64,000 nt of DNA from Microbotryum violaceum (lineage: Eukaryota): assembly GCA_001244265.2 (NCBI GenBank), contig CDLV01000007.1:434001-498000 (forward strand). Direction: 5' to 3'. The notes under the pieces are model-generated. The model saw nothing but the letters and a program-made list of their open reading frames with translations, did not search any database and was not told the DNA's origin. The translations under genes were made by a program, and so were the position numbers. Numbering within the stretch: the first letter of the stretch is position 1; every line of letters starts with the position of its first letter. Positions 47,870 through 61,386 of this stretch are shown here, piece by piece.

Positions 47870-49053
47870 TCAATCCCACCCCCCAACTTCGGTCGAACAA
47901 AACTCTTCCCATGCCTCGGGTCCCTGACTCGACCAGGTCCCTTGAATTAAAGGTTGGGTCGCGAGTAGCGACATGGCCGCTTGTGTTTCTTGTGCGGTTG
48001 GGTAAGCTGTGTCTGTGTTTCGATTTTGTTTGTTCGAGGTGGGTTTAGGATCGGACGTGCTGGCGGGGAGCGGTGGGAATCGGATCAAGGTGTCGTTGAC
48101 GAGGGATCGGACCAAGGTGAGGGATTGGGTGTAGCTTTCGGTCAAGCTCGTCAGGCCATCAGCTGGGTGTGTGGAAGAAGAGCTTTGTGTTAGCCCTTTT
48201 CACAAGTGAACGAATGAAGAAACTTTGCGAACGCTTTCTCCGACTGCGAACTGCCTACGAAACGAACCAAATTGAGCCAAGGGCCAGGTGACCCAGAGAG
48301 GATCCTTAAAGGCGAATGGGATGCCACGCGTTGCGGAAGCTTCCAAGAGCAAAGATTGGAGGCGATCGTCTTGAACCTGGAGGGCGTTCGCAGCTTGGGT
48401 CTGTTGTAAGGAGGTGCAAGGGGATCAGCCCAGATGTTTGGAGAGGAAGAATTGGCGCGCTGGATTCAGAGCGTACGAGTGCTTCGAGGACGTCGTTGAT
48501 GAGACTGATGTTCTCGGAGAGCTTGTGGGATTGGGACATGATGTAGGACGTTCGGATGATCGAGGTGCGAGTTGCCGGGGGTGCAGGAGACGAAGTAGAC
48601 GAAAAAGCCTCAGCGGCGGCGGCTGGGATCGTCGCGGCGTCAAAGACTTTGAGCGCGGATCTGTCAACTCTTCGAGAGAGGTAAGAGTTTGAAGACTGGT
48701 CTAGTACGAGTTTGGACTGACTGTACTTCGGAATAGAGCTCGATCGCACTCCTGATGCGGCCAACGAGACCCCTCAACACGAGCTCGTTCCACTCCCTGC
48801 GCAGCCTGCGATGGTCGAGCAGGATCGTCCTCGTACGTTTGTGGTAGGACGTTTCGGACGAAAGAGGTACTGGACCCCTGGTCGGTGTCGTCACGGCTGA
48901 GGATGCATGGGTCGCGCGACGGATCGGGGTCGACGACGAGGAAGGGCCATAGTCCGAGTCGACGTCGTACGGGTCTGGGGTGTTGTAGGTCGCTTTCCGA
49001 CGCGCAGAGGGCGGTGTCGAGGCGCCCGTAGAGGAGGTCTTGCCTCGTGCCAT
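47870..49053 (-). CDS. Hypothetical protein, multi-exon
   Basis: ORFs 48664-49164, 48306-48764 and 47870-48145 on the same strand, separated by intron-like gaps. Confidence 0.5.
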
Positions 49054-49391
49054 GAGCGTCTTGGCGCGGGAGTGATCAGCGGGGCATAGGCCGTGTGGGG
49101 GTGAGGCAGAGGCAGAACACGAGTGCGATCGGGAGCGCTGCGAACGGAGCTCGGCCGGCGTCATTCATCGTTAGCCCGGAAGGAATTGGGCATTAGTAAA
49201 TGCGCCGCGAGTCTGGTTACGGGTGGGTGTGACGTGTGACGACCCCACATGCGACTAATACATGAGAGCGGCGCGGCAGGCCGGTCACGCTCGCCGTCCG
49301 CGCCTTTCCCGTGTCACTCTCCAGTCTCGCCAGCTGTCAGTCGCCGTGTGTGTGTGGCTCACCATCAGTCTCCACCACCCCACCGACTAGG

Positions 49392-52300
49392 ATGAATTTT
49401 TCGTCCTTCAAAGCACTTGGCCAATCGCTGGGCGCGTCCTTGTCCGATCTCGAGGCCTCGCTGGCGCAGGTGATCCCCGACTCGGTCACAGCCGGCGCTT
49501 CGTCGTCGTCGTCGTCGTCGTCCTCGGCCAGCGCACAGCAGCAGCAACTCCGTCAGAGCCGAGGCACACCACAACGGCAGACTTCTTCTTCTTCGCAACG
49601 ACGCACCGCCGCAGACTCGACCTCGTCGACGCCCTCGCCCTTGCCGCAGCGCAGTTACGGCGATGCGTTGGCGCGGGCAACCTCTCCCACTTCTCCACTC
49701 TCGTCCCTCTCCAACGCCGGTGCCAGTCTCCCGAGCGCCTCTGCCGTCGCCGATTCGTTCAGGGAGCGGCTTCGAAAGGGGAGGCAGTCGATCGAGTCGG
49801 CGAGCAAGTCCTCTATCGACCTCGTGCGCTCCCAGGCTCAGGCCGTGACCCGCGCCACCAGTCCCACCGTGTTCGAGGCCGACGAGTCCCTTGGCCAGTC
49901 CAGGACGCCGTACAGGGACGATGACACGCCCGTGTCTCCGAGATCTTCGAACGGAGCTAACGGTACGCTCGTCGATCTCAATGCTTCAAGCTCGAGTTCG
50001 ACCTCGGTGCCAGCCAGAACGATTACGCAGTCGCCACCTACGAGGAGCTCACCTTTGCGCCTCCACTCGGCATCGTCCACTTCTTCGCTTCGAGCGGCGC
50101 GCGGACCCCCCATGCCCAAGCAGGACTCTTTGCTCATCGACGTCGAAGAGCCGACGGTATCTACTCCCAAGTCCTTACTCGACGATGACGATGAACATGC
50201 CTCGGACCCCTTCTTCCCTCGCGCTTTACCTCGGACATCCCAAGGCATCCTATCCCCGACCCTCGTGCCGACTTCTCCGCCGATCGGGGGCGGTAGTCCT
50301 ACCAAACAGCAGCAGACTCCCATTCCGCCTCCCCTCCCTCTACCCAAAACGGCTCCACAGTCTTCTCCAGCTCTCGTCAAAACACCCACTGCCGCTCCCG
50401 CTCCGGCACCGACCCCAGCCCCAGCCCCAACCCCGGCTCCGGCTCCGGCACCGGCACCGGCACCCGTTTCAGCTCCTGCTCTCCGTTCCACTGCACCTTC
50501 CGCGACGTCATCAGCTTTACTAGTCCCAAATACCACACCGGGAGACGACGAGGACGATGATGACGATGGTTCAGGCTGGGGGGACTTGACGCTCGATACG
50601 CAGGAGCACGATGACGAAGAATCGGAACTTACGGAAGCGGCGGCTCCACATGTCGACAAGGTCGAATTAGTCGAGAGGACTGTGCCACCAGCGCTCGTGG
50701 TAGAACTGATTCCGTCTCCGGAGCTTGTTGTTGAAGCGCCCCAGGAATCAGTTACAAAGGTCCAAGAGTCCAAGGCCGAAGAAAAGGTGATGCCGGTGGC
50801 ACCTTTGAACTCTGCTCTCGGGGCTTCACCCGTCATCGACGACGAGAAATACTCCAACCCGGAGGACGTTCCTACACCCCTCACTGCAGCCATGCGGGAG
50901 CCGCCTGTCGAAGAGGTTGAGGAGGTACCGGTCAAGGCGGTTGAGTCTGTCAAAGAATCGCCAGCTGAAGAACCTGCGGTCCCCGTCGCACTAAATTGGA
51001 CCGTCGAGATCCCTGAGGAGGGGCCTGTGGTTGAGCTCGAATCGACCAATTCGGATGCACCAGCGCCGGCAATTGAGCTTCTTGCGACGCCAAGGGACGT
51101 TGAGGAACCCCCAGCCTCAGTCGAAAGCGAAGCCGGATCCGGATCCGCTTCTGCGATTGAGCATGTCGTGCCCGAGGTCGCCGATGTGCACGCGACCGCG
51201 GTTGAAGAAGAGCCGGAGGTCCCTGTCGAGGCCGAGGCCGAGGCCGAGCCTACACCGATCGAACCTGAAGAATCGGCTGTGGGGGTAGCTCCAGAACCTA
51301 GCAACGACAGTGAGGAAGACCTCACTCCGAAGGAAGAGGAAGAAGTAGAGCCGATCGCAGCACCTCCCTCACCCCTAGCGCCAGTGGTCCAAGCGCCCAG
51401 CACCGAACCCAATCCCGCTCAACCTAAGATGGAAAGTCTCGAGTACGCCTTGCCACAACTTCCGCCTGTATCGACTCTAAATGAACCCGTTAAGGACATC
51501 GTCGAGCCCCCCACATCAACGCTCGTTGCGGAGCCTGACCTACGCGAAGCCGAAATCGAGAGCTTAGCTGTCGAAGAGCCCCGGCCACAGCTGGAAGTCG
51601 TCGCTGAAAAGGTTGAACCCGAACCCGAGCCCGAGCTCGAGGTCAAGTCCGAGCCTGTACTCGAGGAACAGGAGGTCAAGATCGAGTCCGAAGCGGCGGC
51701 CGAGGTTCTAGCAGAAGTCAACACGGAGGAGCCAGAGATCGCGGCTCCATCCGAGGTCAAGTCCGACCCCGAGGTGACCATCTCTGAGCCCGAAAAGCCG
51801 CTTCCTGTTCCCGTACCAGAAACAGAGCCAGAGCCGTTTGTCGCAAAGGAAGAGGAGTCGCTAGAAGTCGAACGCGAGGAGGCGCTAGCAGTACCCATCG
51901 CGGCGAGAATGGGAGAGCCGTTTGTCATTGACGCTGCGCCAGTATCAGAGCTGGAGAGCAAGTCGGAAGAGACTGCCCCTCGAGGTGCTGCGGATGGCGC
52001 TCGGTTAGCAGGTTAGTGAGAGAGTCTCCAGTGATCTCGTCACTTCCAAAGCTGACCTCTCTCTGCTACAACTTGCAGAACTCACCTCGGCCCATGATCG
52101 ACTGTCGACGCTCAAGTCTTCTTTGGACAAGGTCGTCACAACTCTCTTCCCGGCCCTCACGAGCGGTATCTCGGATGTAGGCGCATTCGAGGGACATGTC
52201 CGAGGGCTTCAAACCAAAGCCGAGAGCTCGACTGCGGAAGTGAACAAGTTGAATGGTCAGCTGAAAAGTGAGTCTCTGCGGCTTCTCATTTCAAGGGAAT

Positions 52301-54166
52301 CAGAGTATCTAACCATTTTTTGCGCTTCGCTTCATCGTGCACAGAGCAATCGGATCGGATAGAGGAGCTGCGGGACACGCATCGCCTCGAGCAGCAATCA
52401 TCCGTCGCCGACCTCGATGCCCTTCGGGATTCTCTTGACACGAAAGATAAGCTCATTGCTTCCCTCGAAAGTCGCTTGAACCACGCAACGTCTTCTTCGC
52501 AAGATGCTCAGTCACTCGCCTCGCGCCAAAATGATGAGTACACTAAGCTCAAGCTCATCGCCAAGGAGGAAGAAGAGAAGCGCGTCAAGGCTCTGTCGTT
52601 GCTGCGCGCTTTGAGGCAAAAGCTGGTCAAGGCCGAGAAGGACAAAGAAAACGCCGAAGAGGAACGGGACACGGCCAAGGCCGATCAGGACCGTGCGAAC
52701 GAAACGCTCAAATCCGACCGCGCGAGATTCGACCAAGAAGTCATTTCCCTGCGTGCGGCGCAAGAGTTGCAGTTGAGCAAGATGCGATCGTCATTTGACC
52801 GCGAGGTCGCTTCGTTACGACAGCAGCACGAGAGGGACTCGGCTGCGAAAAAGTCGCAGGCCGAGTTGGACGTCATCACGCTCAAGGCTGCGCAGGCTAA
52901 GGAGATTGCGTTGCGCGACGCGAGGATCAAGGAGCTCGAAGAGACGGTCAAGGGTGTGACAGGGTCAAGGGACGAGACATTTGCGCAGGCGCAAGCGCGA
53001 GCGGCCGAGTTGGAGGCGCGTGCCGCGAGTCAGATGAGCATCGAGTCGCAAATGAAGGAGCTCGAATTCGAGGTCAGCGAACTGCGCGATCGCAATGCCG
53101 CGCTTGTGGACAAGGCCGAAACGCTACGCAAGCAGCAGCGCGATGTCACGAGGGACGAGAGTGCGTATCGTCGCGCGCTCGCTGACGCCGAGGCTCGACA
53201 CGAACAGAAGGTCAAGGATCTCGAGACACGGATTCGCGAACTGGAAATGGATCGTATCGAAACGGACGAGGACTGGGGCCGCAACCTGCAGGAACGACTC
53301 AAGGAAGTCGAAGGCATGCGGTTGGCAATGGCGCAGAAAGACCTTGACTACGCCGAGTCGGTGCATCGGATGAGGGATCGTGAGATCAAGATTGAGGAAG
53401 GGGAGAAGCAGAGGAAGGAATTAGCAGCGCAGCTGTTCGAGGTCGAAGGGTTGCTCAAGGCGCTCAAGGACGACAATGAGAAGCTTGTCCAAGCTGAGGT
53501 AAGCTCAGAGGACGGAGCGCAAGGGGAAGTTGGCTAATTGTTGCTGTCACTTTTCGCACATTCTAGGCCGCCGCTCGTGAAGAGTTGAACGACAAGGTCG
53601 ATCGAATCACGGCGCTCGAGAACCGTGTCGAAGAGTTGCAAAACAAGGAGTCGTCCTTGCGCTCGAGTCATAAGGTGCGAGCGAGTGGGGGCGCGAACCG
53701 GGTGCCTCATTGCTGATGGCAATCAATCGCCTCTTGCACTGCGTACAGGCTTTGCGCGAGGAGCTTCGCAAGCTGCAATCCGGGGTTTTGCTTTCGGAGA
53801 AACAGCGTAATCCAGGCGTCGGCTTCTTTTCGAGCTTCAACCAGTCTTCAACCTCGGTTGCGACAGATGGGACCCTCCAATCGCCGCCGATTGGATCGTT
53901 TCCTTCGACGATCTCCACGCGCAGTGGACCGGCGCCGATAGGAGATGACGAGGCACTTAACTTTGAGTACATCCGGAACGTGATCCTGCAGTTCCTTGAG
54001 CGACCCGACATGAGGGTAAGTCATTTGCATGATGATGTGCGGGAATGGTGACTGATTTCAGATCGCTCCTCACGCTTTCCAACAGCCGCATCTGGTCGGA
54101 GTATTGGGTGTGATTCTGCATTTCACACCAGCCGAATCTAGACGATTGGCTGCGAAGGCGGGATAG
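49392..54166 (+). CDS. GRIP-domain coiled-coil golgin (Imh1-like), multi-exon
   Basis: Ser/Pro/Glu-rich N-terminus, long coiled coil, C-terminal NFEYIRNVILQFLE...LGVILHFTPAE. Confidence 0.88.
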
Positions 54167-54523
54167 GCGGTGGTTCGGATTTTCTGTTTGGACTGCGGAA
54201 CATTGCTATGTCGCTCCTTTCGAGTTTTGAAGATGCAATGTGACCAATAGTACAAAGCTTTTCTCACGGGTTGACCGGCTGCCAAAGCGCAGAATATGAA
54301 TAGTCTGAGGCTTGAATAAACAGTGAAACACATAGTATAATCTTTACAAGCTGACTAGCACCGCGATGGAGATCCTCGAAGCTCTTCGCAGCTCGACGGG
54401 CTTGCGGCGGACAGTTGCGGACTTCATAAGGACGAGTGGACGTACGGCGTGCTGCCGGTTTCGCCCTTCCCAAGCTTCGCTCGCTACGCGCACCCTTATC
54501 ACCAGTCGGTTCGAGAAGACATC

Positions 54524-56533
54524 ATGGCACGAGGTCCAACAGTAGCAGCGGGTGTCTGGAAGAAGGACAGTGTCAAGGTACGCTGGTTACCCGTCGTCAC
54601 AACGTGTAGCTGGCCACGCCCGTCATGTTCACGTGCTGACTGGCCGACTGGGGAGACGAACCATCGACCCCTTCTCGCTTACTACTGTCCAGGATGTCGC
54701 AGAGTCGATAGGAATCGCAAATTTGCCGGACGAGGTAGCTTCGGCACTAGCAGGAGACGTCGAGTACCGGCTCTGGGAGATGATCGAGGTCAGCGTCAAT
54801 CGCTGGCGCGCTTCAGCACTCGGCGCGAGTCCACCTCAGCTCACCGACCGCACTCACACACCATGCCATACAGGAATCCATCAAATTTATGCGCCATTCG
54901 CGTCGCACACGACTCAAGGTCGAGGACGTCGATAACGCGCTGCGCGTTCGCAACATCGAGCCGTTGTGGGGTTTCGCCTCGTCGTCGAACCTGCCCTTCA
55001 AAAAGACCGTCACCTCCACCGGCGTCGTCTACCACGTCGAGGACGAGGAAATTGATCTTAGCAAAGCCGTCAAGGTCGACCTGGCCGCCGTGCCCCGGGA
55101 GGTCAGCTTCACGGGTGAGTTTAGGCTCGAGTGTCAGCAGGGTCGGTGACGTAGGCAATGGGATTCTAAATCAAGTCTCTCCACATAGCACATTGGCTGG
55201 CGATCGAAGGTGTCCAGCCCTTGATCAAAGAGAATCCAACACCGGCAGGTGCGCTCGTCCTTGGCTCTTCGGACCTCTCCGACTCTTGGGACTTCACACT
55301 GAGCCTTGACTCTGACCTGCAGAACTGGCGAAATATGCCCCCAAGACCTCGCTCGGTACGAATGCCCTGAGTTCCGGATCGACCTCGACCGACTCGGCCG
55401 CACAGGGTGGAGCGATCGTTACGCCCTTGGTCAAGCACGTGCTGTCCCGCGAGCTGCAGCTATACTTTACCCGTCTCACGGATGCACTCGCGACGACCGG
55501 TTCGGGAGCGGGCTCAGAGATGCGTGAAGCCGCTTTGGGCAGCGTACGCAGTGACCCAGGTTTGCATCAATTGGTACCGTACCTCATTCAATGGGGCGGA
55601 GAGAGGGTAGGTAGCAAGCCTCAGGCCGTCGACTGGTGCAACGTATCGTTTGGAATGCTGACGGGTGAGAAGCCTTCTATCTCGATGGCACAGATTGCTA
55701 CGCACCTCAACGATCTTACGGCACTCGAACGAGCATTGGATCTTTTCCATGCCATGCTCGAGAACCCCACTCTATTCATCGAGCCTTACGTACGTTTCAC
55801 GCACTCTATTCCACCTCGACGAAGAGGCTTTTCCGCTGAAACCTGCTTGCTCCGACATCAGTTGCATCAATTGACGCCTCCCGTGCTCACATGTCTGCTT
55901 ACTTCATCGTTGCCTCAAGCCGGTCCCAACTCTTACCCCATTCCCCTCACAATCCGGACCTCGGCGGCTTCGTTGCTTCACCTCATTCTCTCCCGTCATT
56001 CGGATTCGTACCCGTCTTTGCGGCCCCGCATTACGCGCACGCTGCTGCGCGGTCTCGCCGGTCAAGCTCGAGGCTTGGGGGCTCGATGGGGTGCCGCTCG
56101 AGGCTTGGCGGCGATCGGTTCGAACGGGGCCACGGGTGTGAGGGAATGGTTGGGCGGTGGCCTTAAAAGCCTGGGCGAGACGTTGGAAGCGGAGGAAGAG
56201 AGTGAGGCGGGCGAGAGAGAGCAAGTCGTCCGGGAGGTGTTTGTGAGTCATTCACCAAGGCGGAATTTCACCGCTGTGAACGACCAAGGCTGATGCAAAC
56301 CATTACCTGCTCTCAAACAGAACGCTCTCAAGGCCTCACTTCTGCCGAGTGACCTGGTCTCCGCCGCGGACGGCGAAACGGAAGTGGCTTCGCTGGAGCA
56401 GCTCGAAGACAGGTACGGGCGACTGTTCGGGAAGTGTGTGCTGGAACGGTGGGACCAGGGTGGGAAGGACGTGTGGAAGTCTGTGTCCGGAGCTCCAAAG
56501 GCCGAAGCGAACGGAGATGCGATGGAAGAGTGA
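54524..56533 (+). CDS. TAF6: TFIID/SAGA subunit 6, multi-exon
   Basis: DVAESIGI...DVEYRL...KFMRHSRR...NIEPLWGF; HWLAIEGVQP; KHVLSRELQLYF; DPGLHQLVPY. Confidence 0.95.
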
Positions 56534-56768
56534 AGGGTTTTTGCCAGAGGTCGGGTACCTACGTATCTCAAGAACCTTTGTTGTGCGAGCTTCAGTCTGG
56601 CATGTATGAAATTAGACTGTGTGATCTGCGGAAGAATTTGCGTGCGCACAGACCTGCACAAGCCTACACGGACCTGCACAGACCTCCTCTTGTCCCACCG
56701 TGCGCGCGTGGCTCTATCCTCTTCCTCACTCTTCTCTCCTCCATCCTCGCGGACAGTTGCGCTGAGCA

Positions 56769-58626
56769 ATGGGGGACGACGAGTACTCGCCTCGGGACTA
56801 CTCGCTCGTTGATGCTCGTCATCGGCGTGGGTTGTCAATGACGTCACCAGGTGGGGCCGCACCCGGGGACTCGATGTCCATGTCGACGTCGCCTATGCAT
56901 TCACCCGCGTACGAGCCACTCGGACCGCATGCTCGAGGAGCGAGTGCGACCGCGCCCCCGGAAGCATACCAGCCGACCTCGCCGCATCTGCCATCCCATC
57001 TGGGCACACCTCAGGGTGGTTACGTACCGTCAGTGCCGATGCTGCCTCCATCGGCGTACTCTGCGCATCAACATCGCCCGCAGCTGCTGCCGCCGCCGCC
57101 GCCGCATCAACACCACCGTCGTCATGGCCACCGCTATGGATCGCACCAGCCGCCATCACTCGGTCAACAGGGCTCAGTGCCACCGTCATCATCGTCTCCA
57201 TACCCGCCAGCTCGTAGTTTGCAGTCAGAGTACGACCCCATCGCAGCGAATGCGAATGCGACGCCGGTCCGACCGCATCGACCTCCCAGTCGATCGTACG
57301 CGACACCAACGACAGCCTACTCGCATGCGCGTACGCTCGCCGATTGGGAGCTCCAACAGCCTCACCCATCACGCCCCTCGCCGCGATATCCACTGTGTCA
57401 GCCCGAGTACGATCCTCTTCAGGTGCACTTTCCACAGCGCACATCCCCCATCTACCACAGTGCATCAACTTCCCCCTTCGATGAGGACGATCCTTCGACC
57501 CCTTTGGTCTATCTCTGTCGGCCCATGACGATCAAGGCCTTCCTCGCTCTCAAACCCCAATTCGCGACCCACCTCGAGTTGCGCTTCGTCGCGTCGCTCA
57601 AGGATCTCGCTTCCGATTTGCGACAAGCCTCATTCCTCGACCCCAAGACCAAGAGATCCAAGCGGCTGACCATCGTCTCGGCCGTTGGTGGCACAGATGC
57701 TTTCATTACTCGCATCAAGAATCAGATCACACAACGACTGGTGTGGAAGGAGGTACGCGACAAGGACCAGTTGGTCGATGCGTTGCGCGTCGAGCGAAAT
57801 ACGGTGACGAGGTGGAAGGATCGCCAGGAGATTGAGAAGGGCTACCAGCAGATCAAGGCGACGCAAGAAATTACAACTCATCTGGGGGTGCTCGTCGCGT
57901 CGTCGAATGGGCATAATGGGAACAATGTCGATGGATCCGAAGAGGATGTCAAGCCTGATATTCGGTGGTTGCAAGAGCGCGAGGACGACGACGACCAAGA
58001 GGAGGAAAGAGCGTTGTATGGCGAACAAGGAGAGCGGACCAGGAAACGGAGAAGAGAGTCGAGTGGAGAAGAGGCCGAGCTGGGAAGGGTAAGGCGCCCG
58101 GGCGTATTGTCTTGACCTTGCGAGCACATGCGAACGCTAACACCCTGGTACATTCCTCAGCTGCCTCCTCCGGGACCAGCTCGACTTTATCATCTGTGCA
58201 GCCAACCTCGCCGGCGGGCGACCGAGCGGGCTCGTGCTCAAGGTCTGCTTGTCGACGCCTTCACACAAAAGGTCGACTCGGAGCTACAACTGGGCGAATG
58301 GGATCACGGGGAGTGGACGCTCTTCGATGAGGTTCGTCGGCCTGAATGTCGAGTTGTTGAAAGCTCGCTCTGACCTCCTCGGTCTTGCGTCCTTACAGTC
58401 ATTGGAGCCCATCGAGCCGGCCTTGCAGGTGCTCATCGCTCGAGCCATCAGGGACGCTGCCTATCCGCCGCATCTTCGATTGTACGACTATAGAACCTCG
58501 CGGGATCAGCTTGAGTATAGTGTCCCTTGGTTCACGAAGCTGCTTCGCCTCGTAAGTGACGCCGATAGCTCTCTTCGAGAATCGTCAGTGCGGCGGAGGC
58601 TGATCGTCATCGTCAAGCCCCTCTAG
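56769..58626 (+). CDS. Hypothetical protein (Pro-rich N-terminus), multi-exon
   Basis: 448-aa ORF with a GTAAGG donor near 58089 and further probable exons to TAG 58626. Confidence 0.5.
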
Positions 58627-60750
58627 ATCGAGAGTCGAACGGAGGTCCTGACGGCCAATCAACGATCCCCACCTTCAACATCAACAACTTCACCATCAGC
58701 CCACTCACAATCGCAAGGAAGGCTCCTACGTTTTGGACGCTAAATTTTTCTCCTTATAGTCATTGCATCGGAAACCCCCTCTGTACTTTCTTGCGCTCCA
58801 GCGCGGTGGTCCGTCACGGCCTCTCAGCGCCTTGAGACCATCATCGTCCTATTGGAAGTTTCGTCTTCTTCGACTTGCGCGTGTCATCCTGGCCAAAGCT
58901 TGCCGAGCCGCAGAAGTGAGCTCTTTGAAGACAGCCAGCAGCTCTGCGTCGATCGTTCAGTGGGAAGCGGTCCACGACACCGTGTCCCAGCACTCTACAC
59001 ATGGACGGGCCTGAAGCGGACGTATGATGCAGGTGTGGACTAACTTGTTGCTGTGAGTCTACGCACTGATCTGTGAGGCAGATCACTGGCCGCACGGCTG
59101 GGAGTCTGGATTCAGAGTCAAGTGAGAGAATCCCGGGGTCTTGAACGGCGTTCTGCGTTGTTATTTGCTCGAGACGGTCAAGGGTCACCATCTCGCTATC
59201 GCCTTTCCCTTGTGTTGATATCCCGAGCAAGAGCGTCGCAAGCTTGGCAGGCTAACGTACCATGATCGCGAGGCCCAGCGAAGAGGTGAGCACGTGTAAG
59301 TTGGAGCCCCTAAGTGGAGGCGACGTTTGGCTGAGTGTCGTCCAAACGAAGCCGCACACGGCCATGGTCGAGGTAAGTCCCCTGTTCTCGTTCGTATTCT
59401 TAAAAGTGTCGATTATCCGTGTAGCTATGTGCTATGGTAAGAAAATCATAATACGTCGCATTACTCGTCCCTGGAGTGCGATGCTGCCTTCTCGTTGTGG
59501 TCATGGTAATAGGTAACCTTCCTCACGAGCACAGCATTGCCGGATCGCACTTATAGCATCCTTTCGTGCTCGAGGTTTGAGGGAATTCGGATTTATGAGA
59601 TAATGGTCCCAATACGATGCGTGCGATGACGTGAGGTAGGCGCAGCGGTAGTAGATTTTTTCTGATACTCCAAGGCTTCGGCCTTGTGTCTGGCCATGCC
59701 CCGAGAAGGTTGTATAGCACGAGCGTCGTCGACGTGTTCCTTTCAACTGATCTCCAACCCATCGTTAATTCGTGCGGCATGTTCCAAGTCAAAAAAGGGC
59801 TGAAAAAAGCTGGGCGAGTGAGCATTCAATTAGCTCAGAAGCAGCCAAAGAATTACAACTGAACGTATCGAAATGGACTACTTCAAATTGGGGTGAGATT
59901 TTGTCTTCCTTGAAGTAATAAGCCGTCCAGTACAACACGTCATCGAACGCCGTTTCGTCGAGCTCCGATGCAAGGGTGGAAAAGTCCCCCAAAACTCGTC
60001 CGCGCAAGTTCGGGGGAAGGTCTTTGAGCAGGTCGGTCAGATGTCTGAGGTTGTTCAAGGAAGGTGGTCAAACGTCGTCCGCCTTCTTGAGGGCAGCAAT
60101 CAGTCGCAGCGATCGATGTCCCGTCTTCGTGTGCTTTGACAAGAGTGGCTACGCGCGTTGTGCCTCCTCCGGTAGCGAAGGTCCACGCTGCTAATTGCGA
60201 GATGGAGCGGTCTGTGCGGGAGTGAAGGCACAGCATTAGTAAGCGACTTAGCCGTGTGAAACATGTATGACTTAACATTCGTCGACGCGATGACAGCAGA
60301 TCGGAAGCAATGTGCTGGTGCTACTCACAACAAAAGGGTCAAAGATGTAAGCAGTCCGGGACGGTATCGAATCCCCCTGGATCTTTTCCGGAGATCACCG
60401 TAGTCCGGTGGAAATGATGAATCAGGCTCGTTCCATTCTTTTGAACCGTTTAGTCACCTGTCCCAGCCAGGTGTAGCCAGGTGCTGGAGCTCACCAGGCG
60501 CGGCATTAAATCTCGACCCCTATCTCCCGAGGCGAGGATCCTAATCGAGCGCCTTCCGGAGATCTTGACCCCCTGGCGCCTCCAAGAGGTCAATCTCAGC
60601 AGACACATGTCCATTTTTGCGAACTCATTCGTATTTATTTCTATGCAATGAAGAATCAGGTATTACACCAAAAAACAGAAGAACTAGAAACTAGTAAAGT
60701 GCAGAGCGATAGTTTCGTCTTTTTTCTTCGTTTCCACTCAAGCCGACGAA

Positions 60751-61355
60751 TTAGTCGACCTCCTCGACCGAGGGCTCGTCAGCTCCTGCACCGGGGAAGC
60801 CACCGCTCGGTGCGGCACCGGGTGCACCGCCGGGCGCACCTCCTGCGGCACCGTAAGCCTTGGTCATGATGGGGTTGGCAACGGCCTCGAGCTCCTTCTG
60901 CTTCTCGGTGTACTCCTCCTGGCTGGCCTCGGAGGAGGCATCGAGCCACGAGATAGTCTCCGTGATGGCCTTGTCAAGCGACTCCTTCTCGGCGGCTTCG
61001 AGCTTGTCCTTCAACTCCGACTCGATCGAGTTGCGCAAGTTGTACGCATAGGTCTCCAAACCGTTCTTGGCTTGGATTCGAGCGGCGGCTTGTTCATCTT
61101 CCTGCTTGTATTGCTCGGCTTCGCGCACCATACGCTCGATCTCGTCCTTACTGAGGCGACCCTTGTCGTTCGAGATAGTGATCTTGTTGGACTTGCCGGT
61201 CGTCTTGTCGGCGGCGGAGACGTTGAGAATACCGTTGGCATCAATGTCGAAGGTGACTTCGACCTGCGGAACACCACGGGGGGCGGGGGGGATGCCAGAG
61301 AGCTCGAACTTGCCGAGGAGGTTGTTGTCCTTCGTGCGGGCACGCTCACCCTCGT

Positions 61356-61386
<31 letters not shown>

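Noticed and set aside
60414-60520. Box C (ATGATGA) as the start of a snoRNA; U14-like snoRNA in HSP70 introns
   Set aside because: No matching D box or terminal stem found.
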